From Octopus sinensis (lineage: Eukaryota), in NCBI RefSeq assembly GCF_006345805.1, contig NC_043019.1:19715360-19779359 (forward strand): a DNA stretch of 64,000 bases, given 5' to 3'. Position 1 is the first letter of the stretch, and the number at the start of each line of letters is the position of its first letter. The position numbers and the translations under genes were made by a program. This document shows positions 13,399 to 26,477 of the stretch, one piece after another. The notes beneath the pieces are model-generated. The model was given only the letters and a program-made list of their open reading frames with translations, had not been told where the DNA came from and searched no databases.

Positions 13399-15889
13399 CT
13401 ATTTATCATGAAACTTATTATATAAGTAAAGTAACTTGTGTCTACATTTATTTTGCGCTCCTCCCAGTATTAAGTAAATTATCATACTTATAAAATAAAA
13501 TTTCTTTAAACTCATTAGAGCATAAATAACAACAATTAGCTCTATATTATATGATTTAGTTTTACAATTATTTCCCATATTAAAACTATAATTAATATTT
13601 AGTGATTTAAGACTCCAAATATACTTACTAAGTCCGGTTGAGTTGATTAAGTTTTATTTTTAAAAGAATTCATATGTTGTGCAATTCTTAGTTTTATTTT
13701 TGAGGAAGTAGAACCTATATAAACCGCTTTTGTGTAATATTATTCTTAAAGTTATATCATGTAATGTAACTATACATTTATACACTACATCGTTAATATC
13801 ACAATTATTATTTAATATACAATTAGATTTATCTCTACATGTACAATAATATAAGTCTTATCATTATAAATATTATTATCAAATAATTTCTTTTTATAAA
13901 AATTATTCAGTTTATATTTTTAAATGAAGAAATAATGTTACCAACATTATTAGTGGTAGAGTAACCAACTCCAAATTATTAAAGAGAAAATATTTCTATA
14001 TTACGATTATCTCTAATAAATAGTTCTATAACATCTAAAATCTCTTTAATAATATTCGTTTTAACTTGATCTCCATAAGGAACTATTAACCAAATTTTAT
14101 TCTTATTAACCTTATTATTATTATCATTATTATAAATATATTTATAATCTTATTTTATTAAAATTATTATCAGAATTATATCTATGTACAGCATTTAAGG
14201 AATTATTAATATTATTAAATTTATCAATATAATTATTATAATAATTATTAAATTTATTTTTATTTATATTATCTTATTTATATTATTATTATTATATTTA
14301 TTATTATTATTATTATTCTTATTTATTTTATCATTTTTATTATTTTTTTATAATATCTATTATTTTTACCACTAAACGTAACAAAATTATAATTATTATT
14401 AGAAGTATCTCGAAAATTATCATTTAAATCATTATCGCTAATATTATAAAATTTAATATTCTTATTATAACCTGCCCCTCTAAGGGCCTCATTATAATAA
14501 TTAGCATGTTTATTAAAAATCTCTATATCATAAGAGAGTAATAATGAAATACGTTTACTTATATTATTAATCAACGATTTTTTAATAGAAAATGGGTGAT
14601 TACTATAACATTTATATATCTAAGGTTCTCATTAAGTTTATGATATGGTTGTTTTACCTGTAATAAGATTAAAATTAACATCTAAATAATTAACATTATA
14701 ATTCTCCTTATATATAGTAATACGTAAACCATATCTTTAAAGAAACTATATAGTTTTTCTTATATACTTCTAGATTCCTATTAGTACAATTCTTTGTAAC
14801 TAGTAGAAGATCGTCTCTATATAAACCACCCTCTATCTTAAGATTTTCTAATTGGAGTTCAGATAAAAGAAAAATACCTACTAATCAGTAGCCTGTGCAG
14901 AATCTGGTGCTCCCATAGGTATATCAAAACAATCTCTAGTATCATTCCTAGCCCATAATTTATTTTTATTTTAATTAGCGATTTCCTAGCCAATTTAATT
15001 ACATTAACTTCTTCCCGTGACATGCCCACTTTATTCATTGCGAAAATAAGCGCTTTATTAAACACAATTTCATTAATAGAAGAATAATAATTATCTATAT
15101 CTATTTGAATAAATTTATAACGATTTTTATCTTTAATATTATTAAACCATTTCAATGTATTATTATTACTAAACCATAATTTTAAATAATTAAGTTTTTT
15201 AACTTATCAATATATTTATCTAAAATAAATTTACTTAATTACCTAGGTCCGATTTACATGGGCAAATTAATCTAACTTTAGGGTCTGAATAAAAATTATC
15301 TTTATGGTCTTTAAGAGTAATTCTGGGGTGCAAAGGTACATAAGGTTCAGTTTTATTATCCAACTCATATTTTAACATTACTACTTTAGAGGCCTTATTA
15401 ATATTATAAGAATATCATCTGGAACAATTTTATATTTTTTAATTATTTCTTTCCCTAATAGTTTATCATATAATTTAACATCTAATTTAATATAAGTTCC
15501 TGTGTTTTATCAGATTGTACTATAATACTATCCATATTTTCATATCTTTAATTTTAATTGCTAAATTCCTTAAATATTCATTATTTCTATTTGGGTATTT
15601 ATGGAATTCAATATTTTTTACCACCTTCCATACTATCTTCAAGTAATTGTAATTCTTTATTAAATGGAGGTTCCTTTCTAGATTTAAATTTAGAGGTATA
15701 TATTATCATTCTACTATCAATATCATTAAATAAATAAAAATTATAGTAAAAAGCTTTCCATTTAATTCTAGAAATAAAATCTTTAACATTATTAACAAGT
15801 TTCAAGATAAATTCCTTTCTAGAAGGAATAGGAATATCTTTCAAAGATGAATCCCAAAACAGCGGTTCTATCTTACCTGTAAAATCCAT
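13399..15889 (-). pseudogene. PLE-B copy 1 RT + GIY-YIG ORF, frameshifted in this assembly
   Basis: Track ORFs 15608..15889, 14859..15155 and 14323..14574 are in-order pieces of the same protein as copy 3. Confidence 0.9.
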
Positions 15890-15897
15890 AATTGCGA

Positions 15898-18800
15898 AAT
15901 CGTAAATATGAAATATTTCTCTTTTAATAATTTTGGAGTTGGTTACTCTACCACTAATAATGTTGGTAACATTATTTCTTCATTTAATAAATATAAACTG
16001 AATAATTTTATAAAAAGAAATTATTGATAATAATATTAATAATGATAAGACTTATATTAATTGTACATGTAGAGAGAAATCTAATTGTATATTAAATCAA
16101 TAATTGTGATATTAACGATTGTAGTGTATAAATGTATAGTTACATTACATGATAATAACTTAAGAATAATAATACACAAAAGCGGTTTATATAGGTTCTA
16201 CTCCTCAAAAATAAAACTAAGAATTGCACAACATATGAATTCTTTTAAAAAAAAACTTAATCAATCAACCGGACTAGTAAGTATATTTGGAGTCTTAAAT
16301 CACTAAATATTAATTATAGTTTAATATGGGAAATATTTGTAAAATAAATCATATAATATAGGAGCTAATTGTTGTTATTATGCTCTAATGGTTAAAGAAA
16401 TTTTATTTTATAAGTATGATAATTTAATTAATACTGGGGAGGAGCGCAAAATAAAATGTAGACACAAGTTACTTTCTTTATATAATAAGTTTCATGATAA
16501 ATAGCAATAATAGTCCCTTTTAGGTATTTTAGTTTAGTTTAAATTAGTTTAGATGATATATTTTTGGTTATGTGTCTAGGATTTAATTATAGTTAGTCTT
16601 TTATTGATATTTTCTTTGTTTTAATAGTTCATTTTAATGTATATTAATTTAGCAGTTTATGGTACGTTAAAACTTAATAATAATTTTTTATTAGATTTTA
16701 TTTTTTATTTTTATTTTTATTATTTTATTTATTATGTATTTTTATTTTGCATTTGTTATATGTATTTTGAGGATATATTTATATGTTTTGGGGTGTTATT
16801 TAGTGGTGTTTTTATTGGTTGTAGTATTATGTGTGAATGTTTAGATCCCTTGTTTTTGTTTTTTATTTGTATGTTGAATTGACAGATTTTATTTGGGTAT
16901 TGTCTTTTATATAAAGTACACACCCATAAAAATTATAAGTGCCAACTTCATTCGTTGTACTTGGGTTTGCATGTGGCCTCAGCATATGCACTAACGGCCA
17001 CTCCAGCCCCACATGGATAAATAAACACATACATCCCCTAAAAATAAAATTAAAAAAAATAATAATATAATAAAAAAAAATAAAAAAAAAAAAAAAATAA
17101 ATAAAAAAAAATATAAAAAAAAAATGGGAGTAACCCATTCACACAATTATATGTATACAATTATACACACTTGAATAATACATACTAGCCCTAATATACA
17201 GAAACATACTAATAATCACCAACTAACCACCATCACAAATGAAACCCACAACCTATACAATGACAATACTCCCCCATACCCTATTTACACCCTACATAGT
17301 AATCCCAATATATTCTTTCATACATGGACGCAAGTGCGTGAAGCACATGAAAATAATTAGTACGTACAACCCCTAATACACACTAATATATACGTATCAA
17401 GCTCGACCTCCACAGTGATAAGTTTACACACAATCACACCCAGATGGATGGAAATGCACAACAGTGAATGCTCACCATACGGGCGCGATTACATTGTTGC
17501 ATATATCGAGCAAAATAGTATGCATATGTACATGTGAGGGGTACACGTAAATGAAGTGAGCGTGTGTACCCCTGTATTTATACCCGTGCGTGAATTTACA
17601 CATGGAGCTACCACACAGGTACAAATGTGTTTAGAAATGGGAGCCCCATCACTACACTTAATGTATACTCTCACCCATCCGCACGGATGTGTAAGTGTAT
17701 CTCCGGTGTATATGTTGAGGCTTTATGTAGAGTTGTTGAAGGGAACGTCGTGAAATTGTGAATGAATGGGTAGAGTTGGGAATTGGTAACCGGGTGGTGG
17801 ACTAGTGTTGCTTGGAATGTGAATGGATTAGGGTGGTAATGAGGTAGGCAGGTTGAGTATGGGTTACTGTAAGTTGTTTGTTAGAGTTGCTAGGGTGAGC
17901 TAAAGCTCATAAATGTATATAATTGATTTTCATGATAGTTTTTAAAGAATCCATTCATAATAAATTTTTTTAAGTAGCGTTGGTTTGCTACGTGGAAATA
18001 GTTTTAGTTCCATTTATTATATTTCTCCATTCATTACTATGAATGACGTTTACTTTCTATGGCGCGTATCTTTTTTTACATTAGTTATTTCCATGGTAAC
18101 GTAATTTTGTTTGGTTTTTTAACGGCTAAGAATCTAATTTCACTTCATAATTTGTAACTGAATTGTAAGTATGTATTTGATTTATCCTTATGTCATAATG
18201 TTATTTTTGATATTCTGGTTAATTACGATGTATTTATTGTTGTTTTCATAAGAGTGTTTATGTATATGAGATTGGTTGTGAGTTTTTAATTGTATAATTA
18301 ATTTATTATCTGTATGAGTGTGGGTGTAAATATTGTTGTATATATCGAGTTTTAGTGAGTATGTATATGCGTATATGTGAGGGAGCATATGTATCTGTTG
18401 TGTGTGTGTGTTTTGCGGTGTGTGTGTTTGTGTGTGAATGTGTATTTGGGTTTGTTATTTAGGATTTGGGATGTATGTGTTAATTTGTCTGTGTGGGGAG
18501 GGAGTGGTTTTTGGTGTATATTGAGGTTTATAAGTTAGTATAGGTGTGTGTATAAGTCTTGGGTCTGTGGTTTACGTGTGGGTTTTTTGTGTGTGAATGT
18601 TTAGGTTAGGGGGATTGCTATATAAGTTTGTTATAGGGTTTAGCAAAGGGAGATTTTATCGTTATATGCTTTTATGATTTGGTTTATCATGGTGTTTTTT
18701 TAGGTAATTCGTGGTATTTTGTCTATTTAGGTGTTGGTTTATTTTTTTACATTGTTTCATCATAATTTTTGAGTGGTGTTCGTTTTGCCACGTGAAATAA

Positions 18801-19710
18801 CGGGGGTGGGACTAGCGTTGCTTGGAATGTGAATGGAATAGTGTAGTAGTGAGGTAGGCATAGAGAATGGGATTGGGTTACTGCAAGTTGTTTGTTAGAG
18901 ATGCTAAGGTGAGTTAAAGCTCATAAATGTATATAATGTTTTTTGTGGGTGTGTAAGTATTGTTGTATATGTCGAGTTTAGTGAGTATGTATAGGCGTAT
19001 ATGTGAGGGAGTATATGTATCTTTTGTGTGTGAGTGTTTGCGTGCGTGTGAGTGTGTGTTTTGTGTGTGAATGTGTATATGGGTTTGTTATTTAGGTTTT
19101 GGGATGTATGTGTTAATTTGTCTGTGTGGGGAGGGAGTGGGTTTTGGTGTATATTGAGGTTTATAAGTTAGTATAGGTATGTGTATAAGTCGTGAGTCTG
19201 TGGTTTACGTGTGTGTATTGTGTGTGAATGTTTAGGGTAGGGGGTTTACTTTATAGGTTTGTTATAGAGTTTAGCAAAGGGAGATTTATCGTTATATGTT
19301 TTTAGAGTTTTGTTTTATCATGGTTTTTTTAGGGAATTCGTGGTAATTAGTCTATATTTTCGATATGGATTATATATAGGTTATATATGGATTATATACT
19401 TATATTTTTCATTTATACTTTAATTATTTAAAAGTATTATTTTTATATTTTAAAATTTTGATTTTTTAGATTGGAAGTCCACCTGAAGATTGTCGATCAA
19501 GACAAGAAACGATTGTAGTGGCGGTTTTTTTGACTATTTATTAAATTTTATGTATTGATTAAGTCTTTCCTTGTTTGTTTTGCAAATAGTGGTTTTGTCT
19601 CAAATAATATTTTATAATATTTTACTATAAAATTGGATTTAATCCTAAATCTGATTTTTTTTCCCTGTAAATTTGGATATATCCCTAATATTTATTATTT
19701 ATATAATATT
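15898..19710 (+). repeat. PLE-B pseudo-LTR (~3.8 kb): EN coding part + 3' UTR + HHR + leader
   Basis: Starts at AATCGTAAATAT (= 21641), carries the EN to a stop at ~16504, and matches 21641-25489 along its length. Confidence 0.9.
19479..19521 (+). ncRNA. Minimal type I hammerhead ribozyme, PLE-B copy 2 (intact core)
   Basis: CCAC CTGAAGA TTGTC GATCAA GACAA GAAAC GATT GTA GTGG. Stem I 4 bp, stem II 5 bp, stem III AC/GT whose ACGAUUGU segment is self-complementary with wobbles. Predicted cleavage after 19517. Confidence 0.8.
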
Positions 19711-19753
19711 GATAATTTTGTATATTGAGTGTAATACCTCAATTTCGCAAATT

Positions 19754-22258
19754 ATGGATTTTACAGGTAAGATAGAACCGCTGTTTTGGGATTCATCTTT
19801 GAAAGATATTCCTATTCCTTCTAGAAAGGAATTTATCTTGAAACTTGTTAATAACGTTAAAGATTTTATTTCTAGAATTAAATGGAAAGCTTTTTACTAT
19901 AATTTTTATTTATTTAATGATATTGATAGTAGGAATGATAATTATACCTCTAAATTTAAATCTAGAAAGGAACCTCCATTAATAAAGAATTACAATTACT
20001 TGAAGATAGTATATGGAAGGTGGTAAAAAATATTGAATTCCATAAATACCCAAATAGAAATAATGAATATTTAAGGAATTTAGCAATTAAAATTAAAGAT
20101 ATGAGAAATATGGATAGTATTATAGTACAATCTGATAAAACAAGGAACTTATATAATTAGATGTTAAATATATGATAAACTATTAGGGAAAGAAATAATT
20201 AAAAAATATAAAATTGTTCCAGATGATATTCTTTATAATATTAATAAGGCCTCTAAAGTAGTAATGTTAAAATATGAGTTGGATAATAAAACTGAACCTT
20301 ATGTACCTTTGCACCCCAGAATTACTCTTAAAGACCATAAAGATAATTTTTATTCAGACCCTAAAGTTAGATTAATTTGCCCATGTAAATCGGACCTAGG
20401 TAAATTAAGTAAATTTATTTTAGATAAATATATTGATAAGTTAAATAAACTTAATTATTTAAAATTATGGTTTAGTAATAATAATACATTGAAATGGTTT
20501 AATAATATTAAAGATAAAAATCGTTATAAATTTATTCAAATAGATATAGATAATTATTATCTTCTATTAATGAAATTGTGTTTAATAAAGCGCTTATTTT
20601 CGCAATGAATAAAGTGGGCATGTCACGGGAAGAAGTTAATGTAATTAATTGGCTAGGAAATCGCTAATTAAATATAAAAATAAATTATGGGCTAGGAATG
20701 ATACTAGAGATTGTTTTGATATACCTATGGGAGCACCAGATTCTGCACAGGCTACTGATTTAGTAGGTATTTTTCTTTTATCTGAACTCCAATTAGAAAA
20801 TCTTAAGATAGAGGGTGGTTTTATATAGAGACGATCTTCTACTAGTTACAAAGAATTGTACTAATAGGAATCTAGAAGTATATAAGAAAAAACTATATAG
20901 TTTCTTTAAAAGATATGGTTTACGTATTACTATATATAAGGAGAATTATAATGTTAATTATTTAGATGTTAATTTTAATCTTATTACAGGTAAAACACAA
21001 CCATATCATAAACTTAATGAGAACCTTAGATATATAAATGTTAATAGTAATCACCCATTTTCTATTAAAAAATCGTTGATTAATAATATAAGTAAACGTA
21101 TTTCATTACTCTATTATGATATAGAGATTTTAATAAACATGCTAATTATTATAATGAGGCCCTTAGAGGGGCAGGTTTATAATAAGAATATTGAATTTTA
21201 TAATATTAGCGATAATGATTTAAATGATAATTTTCGAGATACTTCTAATAATAATTATAATTTTGTTACGTTTAGTGGTAAAAATAATAGATATTATAAA
21301 AAAATAATAAAAATGATAAAAATATAAATAAGAATAATAATAATAATAAATATAATAATAATAATATAAATAAGAATAATATAAAATAAATAAATTTAAT
21401 AATTATTATAATAATTATATTGATAAATTTAATAATATTAATAATTCCTTAAATGCTGTACATAGATATAATTCTGATAATAATTTTAATAAAATAAAGA
21501 ATTATAAATATATTTATAATAATGATAATAATATAAGGTTAATAAGAATAAATTTGGTTAATAGTTCCTTATGGAGATCAAGTTAAAAAACGAATATTAT
21601 TAAAGAGATTTTAGATGTTATAGAACTATTTATTAGAGATAATCGTAAATATAGAAATATTTTCTCTTTAATAATTTTGGAGTTGGTACTCTACCACTAA
21701 TAATGTTGGTAACATTATTTCTTCATTTAATAAATATAAACTGAATAATTTTTATAAAAAGAAATTATTTGATAATAATATTAATAATGATAAGACTTAT
21801 ATTAATTGTACATGTAGAGATAAATCTAATTGTATATTAAATAATAATTGTGATATTAACGATGTAGTGTATAAATGTATAGTTACATTACATGATAATA
21901 ACTTTAAGAATAATAATTACACAAAAGCGGTTTATATAGGTTCTACTTCCTCAAAAATAAAACTAAGAATTGCACAACATATGAATTTCTTTTAAAAATA
22001 AAAACTAATCAACTCAACCGGACTTAGTAAGTATATTTGGAGTCTTAAATCACTAAATATTAATTATAGTTTAATATGGGAAATAATTTGTAAAACTAAA
22101 TCATATAATATAGGAGCTAATTGTTGTTATTTATGCTCTAATGAGTTTAAAGAAATTTTATTTTATAAGTATGATAATTTACTTAATACTGGGAGGAGCG
22201 CAAAATAAAATGTAGACACAAGTTACTTTACTTATATAATAAGTTTCATGATAAATAG
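19754..22258 (+). CDS. PLE-B copy 3 polyprotein: Penelope-type RT + C-terminal GIY-YIG endonuclease (~835 aa consensus; frameshifted as assembled)
   Basis: Motifs in order: SLKDIPIPS..RIKWKAF, DKTRNLY, TLKDHK.NF...PKVRLI.P, QIDIDNYYSSI, FDIPMGAPDS, LYRDD, YLDVNFNL, YINVNSNHP, KIWLIVPY..VKTNI, CTCRDKSNCILNNNC, VVY..YIGST..R..H, LSKYIW.LK, CYLC, CRH. Confidence 0.9.
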
Positions 22259-25256
22259 CAATAATAGTTCCCTTTTAGGTTATTTTAGTTTAGTTTAAAT
22301 TAGTTTAGATGATATATTTTTGGTTATGTTTGTCTAGGATTTAATTATAGTTAGTCTTTATTGATATTTCTTTGTTTAATTAGTTCATTTTTAATGTATA
22401 TATTTAGCAGTTTATGGTACGTTAAAACTTTAATAATTTATATTAGATTTTTTTATTTTTTATTTTATTTTTATTTATTTATTTTTATTATGTATTTTTA
22501 TTTTGCATTTGTTATATGTATTTTGAGGATATATTTATATGTTTTGGGTGTTATTAGTGGTGTTTGTTTTTGAGTTTTGTATGTATGTGTGAATGTTTAA
22601 GATCCCTTTGTTTTTTTTTTTTTTATTTGTATGTTGAATTGACAGATTTTATTTGGGTATTGTCTTTTATAATAAAGTACCACCACATAACAATTATAAG
22701 TGCCCACTTCATTCGTTGTACTTGGGTTTGCATGTGAGCCTCAGCATATGCACCTAACGGCCACTCCAGCCCCACATGGATAAAATAAACACATACATCC
22801 CTAAAAATAATAATAAAAAAAAATAATAATAAAAAAAAAAAAATAAATAAAAAAAAATAAAAAAAATAATTAAATAAAAAAAAAAATGGGAGTAATCCCA
22901 TTCACACCAATTATATGTATACAATTATACACACTTGAATAATACATACTAGCCCTAATATACAGAACATACTAATAATCACCAACTAACCACCATCACA
23001 AATGAAACCCACACCCATACAATGACAATACTCCCCCATACCCTATTTACACCTACATAGTAATCCCAATATATTCTTTCATACATGGACGCAAGTGCGT
23101 GAAGCACATGAACATAATTAGTACGTACAACCCCTAATACACACTAATATATACGTATCAAGCTCGACCTCCACAGTGATAAGTTTACACACAATCACAC
23201 CCAGATGGATGAATTGCACAACCAGTGAATGCTCACACATACGGGCGCGATTACATTGTTGCATATATCGAGCCAAAATAGTATGCATATGTACATGTGA
23301 GGGGTACACGTAAATGAAGTGAGCGTGTACCCCCTGTATTTATACCCGTGCGTGAATATACACATGGAGACTACCACACAGGTACAAATGTGTTTAGAAA
23401 TGGGAGCCCCATCACTACACTTAATGTATACTCTCACCCATCCGCACGGATGTGTAAGTGTATCTCCGGTGTATATGTTGAGGCTTATATGTAGAGTTGT
23501 TGAAGGGAACGTCGTTGAAATTGTGAATGAATGGGTAGAGTTGGGAATTGTAACCGGGTGGTGGACTAGTGTTGCTTGGAATTGTGAATGGATTAGGGTG
23601 GTAATGAGGTAGGCATTGAGTATGGGTTACTGTAAGTTGTTTGTTAGAGTTGCTAGGGTGAGCTAAAGCTCATAAATGTATATAATTGATTTTTCATGAT
23701 AGTTTTTAAAAAGAATTCATTCATAATAAATTTTTTTTAAGTAGCGTTGGTTTGCTACGTGGAAATAGTTTTTAGTTCCATTTATTATATTTCTCCATTC
23801 ATACTATGAATGACGTTTACTTTCTATGGCGCGTATTCTTTTTTACATTAGTTATTTCCATGGTAACGTAATTTTGTTTGGTTTTTAACGGCTAAGAATC
23901 TAATTTCACTTCATAATTTGTAACTGAATTGTAAGTATGTATTTGATTTATCCTTATGTCATAATGTTATTTTTGATATTCTGGTTAATTACGATGTTTT
24001 ATTATTGTTGTTTCATAAGAGTGTTTATGTATATGAGATTGGTTGTGAGTTTTTAATTGTATAATTAATTTATTTATCTGTATGAGTGTGGGTGTAAATA
24101 TTGTTGTATATATCGAGTTTTAGTGAGTATGTATATGCGTATATGTGAGGGAGCATATGTATCTGTTGTGTGTGTGTGTGTTTTGCGTGTGTGTGTGTTT
24201 GTGTGTGAATGTGTATTTGGGTTTGTTATTTAGGATTTGGGATGTATGTGTTATTTGTCTGTGTGGGGAGGGAGTGGTTTTTGGTGTATATTGAGGTTTA
24301 TAAGTTAGTATAGGTTGTGTGTATAAGTCTTGGGTCTGTGGTTTACGTGTGGGTTTTTGTGTGTGAATGTTTAGGTTAGGGGGGATTGCTATATAAGTTT
24401 GTTATAGGGTTTAGCAAAGGGAGATTTTATCGTTATATGCTTTTATGAGTTTTGGTTTATCATGGTTTTTTTTAGGTAATTCGTGGTATTTTGTCTATTT
24501 TAGGTGTTGGTTATTTTTTTACATTGTTTCATTCATAATTTTTGAGTGGTGTTCGTTTGCCACGTGAATAACCGGGTGGTGGACTAGCGTTGCTTGGAAT
24601 GTGAATGGAATAGTGTAGTAGTGAGTGAGGCATAGGATAGAGAATGGGATTGGGTTACTGCAAGTTGTTTGTTAGAGATGCTAAGGTGAGTTAAAGCTCA
24701 TAAATGTATATAATGTTTTTTTGTGGGTGTGTAAGTATTGTTGTATATGTCGAGTTTAGTGAGTATGTATAGGCGTATATGTGAGGGAGTATATGTATCT
24801 TTGTGTGTGAGTGTTTTGCGTGTGAGTGTGTGTTTTGTGTGTGAATGTGTATATGGGTTTGTTATTTAGGTTTTGGGATGTATGTGTTAATTTGTCTGTG
24901 TGGGGAGGGAGTGGGTTTTGGTGTATATTGAGGTTTATAAGTTAGTATAGGTATGTGTATAAGTCGTGAGTCTGTGGTTTACGTGTGTGTATTTGTGTGT
25001 GAATGTTTAGGTTAGGGGGGTTACTTTATAGGTTTGTTATAGAGTTTAGCAAAGGGAGATTTTATCGTTATATGTTTTTAAGAGTTTTTGTTTTATCATG
25101 GTTTTTTTTAGGGAATTCGTGGTAATTAGTCTATATTTCGATATGGATTATATATAGGTTATATATGGATTATATACTTATTTTTTTCATTTATACTTTA
25201 ATTATTTAAAAGTATTATTTTATATTTTAAAATTTTGATTTTTTAGATTGGAAGTC

Positions 25257-25300
25257 CACCTGAAGATGTCGATCAAGACAAGAAAAAACGATTGTAGTGG
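25257..25300 (+). ncRNA. Minimal type I HHR, PLE-B copy 3 (homopolymer indels)
   Basis: CCAC CTGAAGA TGTC GATCAA GACAA GAAAAAAC GATT GTA GTGG: one T fewer and three A more than copy 2. Confidence 0.6.
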
Positions 25301-25482
25301 CGGTTTTTTTGACTATTTATTAAATTTTATGTATTGATTAAGTCTTTCCTTGTTTGTTTTGCAAAATAGTGGTTTTGTCTCAAATAATATTTATAATATT
25401 TTACTATAAAATTGGATTTAATCCTAAATCTGATTTTTTTTCCCTGTAAATTTGGATATATTCCCTAATATTTATTATTATA

Positions 25483-25530
<48 letters not shown>

Positions 25531-26390
25531 TATATATATATATATATATATACAGGACACACTTCTTTCAAACTGAAAGTATTATCTCACATTACAATAG
25601 AGACGCAATTCTGAAATGTGTGTAAGATACAATAGGTTGCTCTGGGCTCGCATTAAGCAAGAAGTTGGAAATTTTTGGGGTCCGTGACAGTGCATGTACC
25701 TTGGCTTTGGTATTTGACGACTGTTACTTTAAGCATTTTATTTCGATTTTATGTATATATGTATGTATGAGCCAATGAGGGTGACCTCTACATGGTAGCT
25801 AGACCTGGTAGAAATAGCAGCCAAATCTCCTTCAAAACACCCTAATGTCTTAATCCGACAATTCTAACTATTATGTAGTTTGAATGAGAAACTGTAACTA
25901 AAGATTGAGATTATTAACCCCAAAATTTTATGCGTTTTAATAGCAATCAGTTTTTTCTCTTTTTTGCGTAGATTTTCATGTCAGCTGTAAAGGTGAAGAG
26001 GGTTAACTTGGACGGTGTTAAGTAGTGGAGATGTTTGGTGATTCAGTGTGGTGGTTTCTTCTCAATAAGGATAATTGATTGATAACGAATCTTAACACAA
26101 TATATATACAAATTCAAGTGGAATTCAATGTCATAAGAGAGACAGAATAGCGACGGTTTTGGCTGACTGTCATCCTGTACTCCCCTTGTTGTTAGCGAAA
26201 TGGTATGTGCCCGGCTGTGTGAGCAAGTGGTTGATTTTAATGGCAGAACAAACAGGAAAAAAAAAGATTACAAAAATAGCGATTCTCGCCTTGAAACTAT
26301 TTAGAAATTCTTTTTTAGATTACGGAACGCTCCGCTCTGTCATGTATCCATGTTTAAAATTACAGCGCGATTGGATGAACAATACTCGAG

Positions 26391-26477
<87 letters not shown>

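Larger units (their letters stand above)
10237..25489. mobile_element. PLE-B: 15.2-kb inverted + tandem Penelope-like retroelement array
   Basis: 10237-15900 is the reverse complement of ~19739-25397, and 15898-19710 is a direct repeat of ~21641-25489. Both outer ends sit in (TA)n. It contains RT, GIY-YIG and HHR motifs. Confidence 0.92.

Noticed and set aside
10237-19617. Giant palindrome as a simple missed-adapter read artefact
   Set aside because: The inversion is asymmetric (1.9-kb spacer, junction at an internal linker site), the copies differ by substitutions, and the layout fits PLE biology. It is not fully excluded without raw reads.
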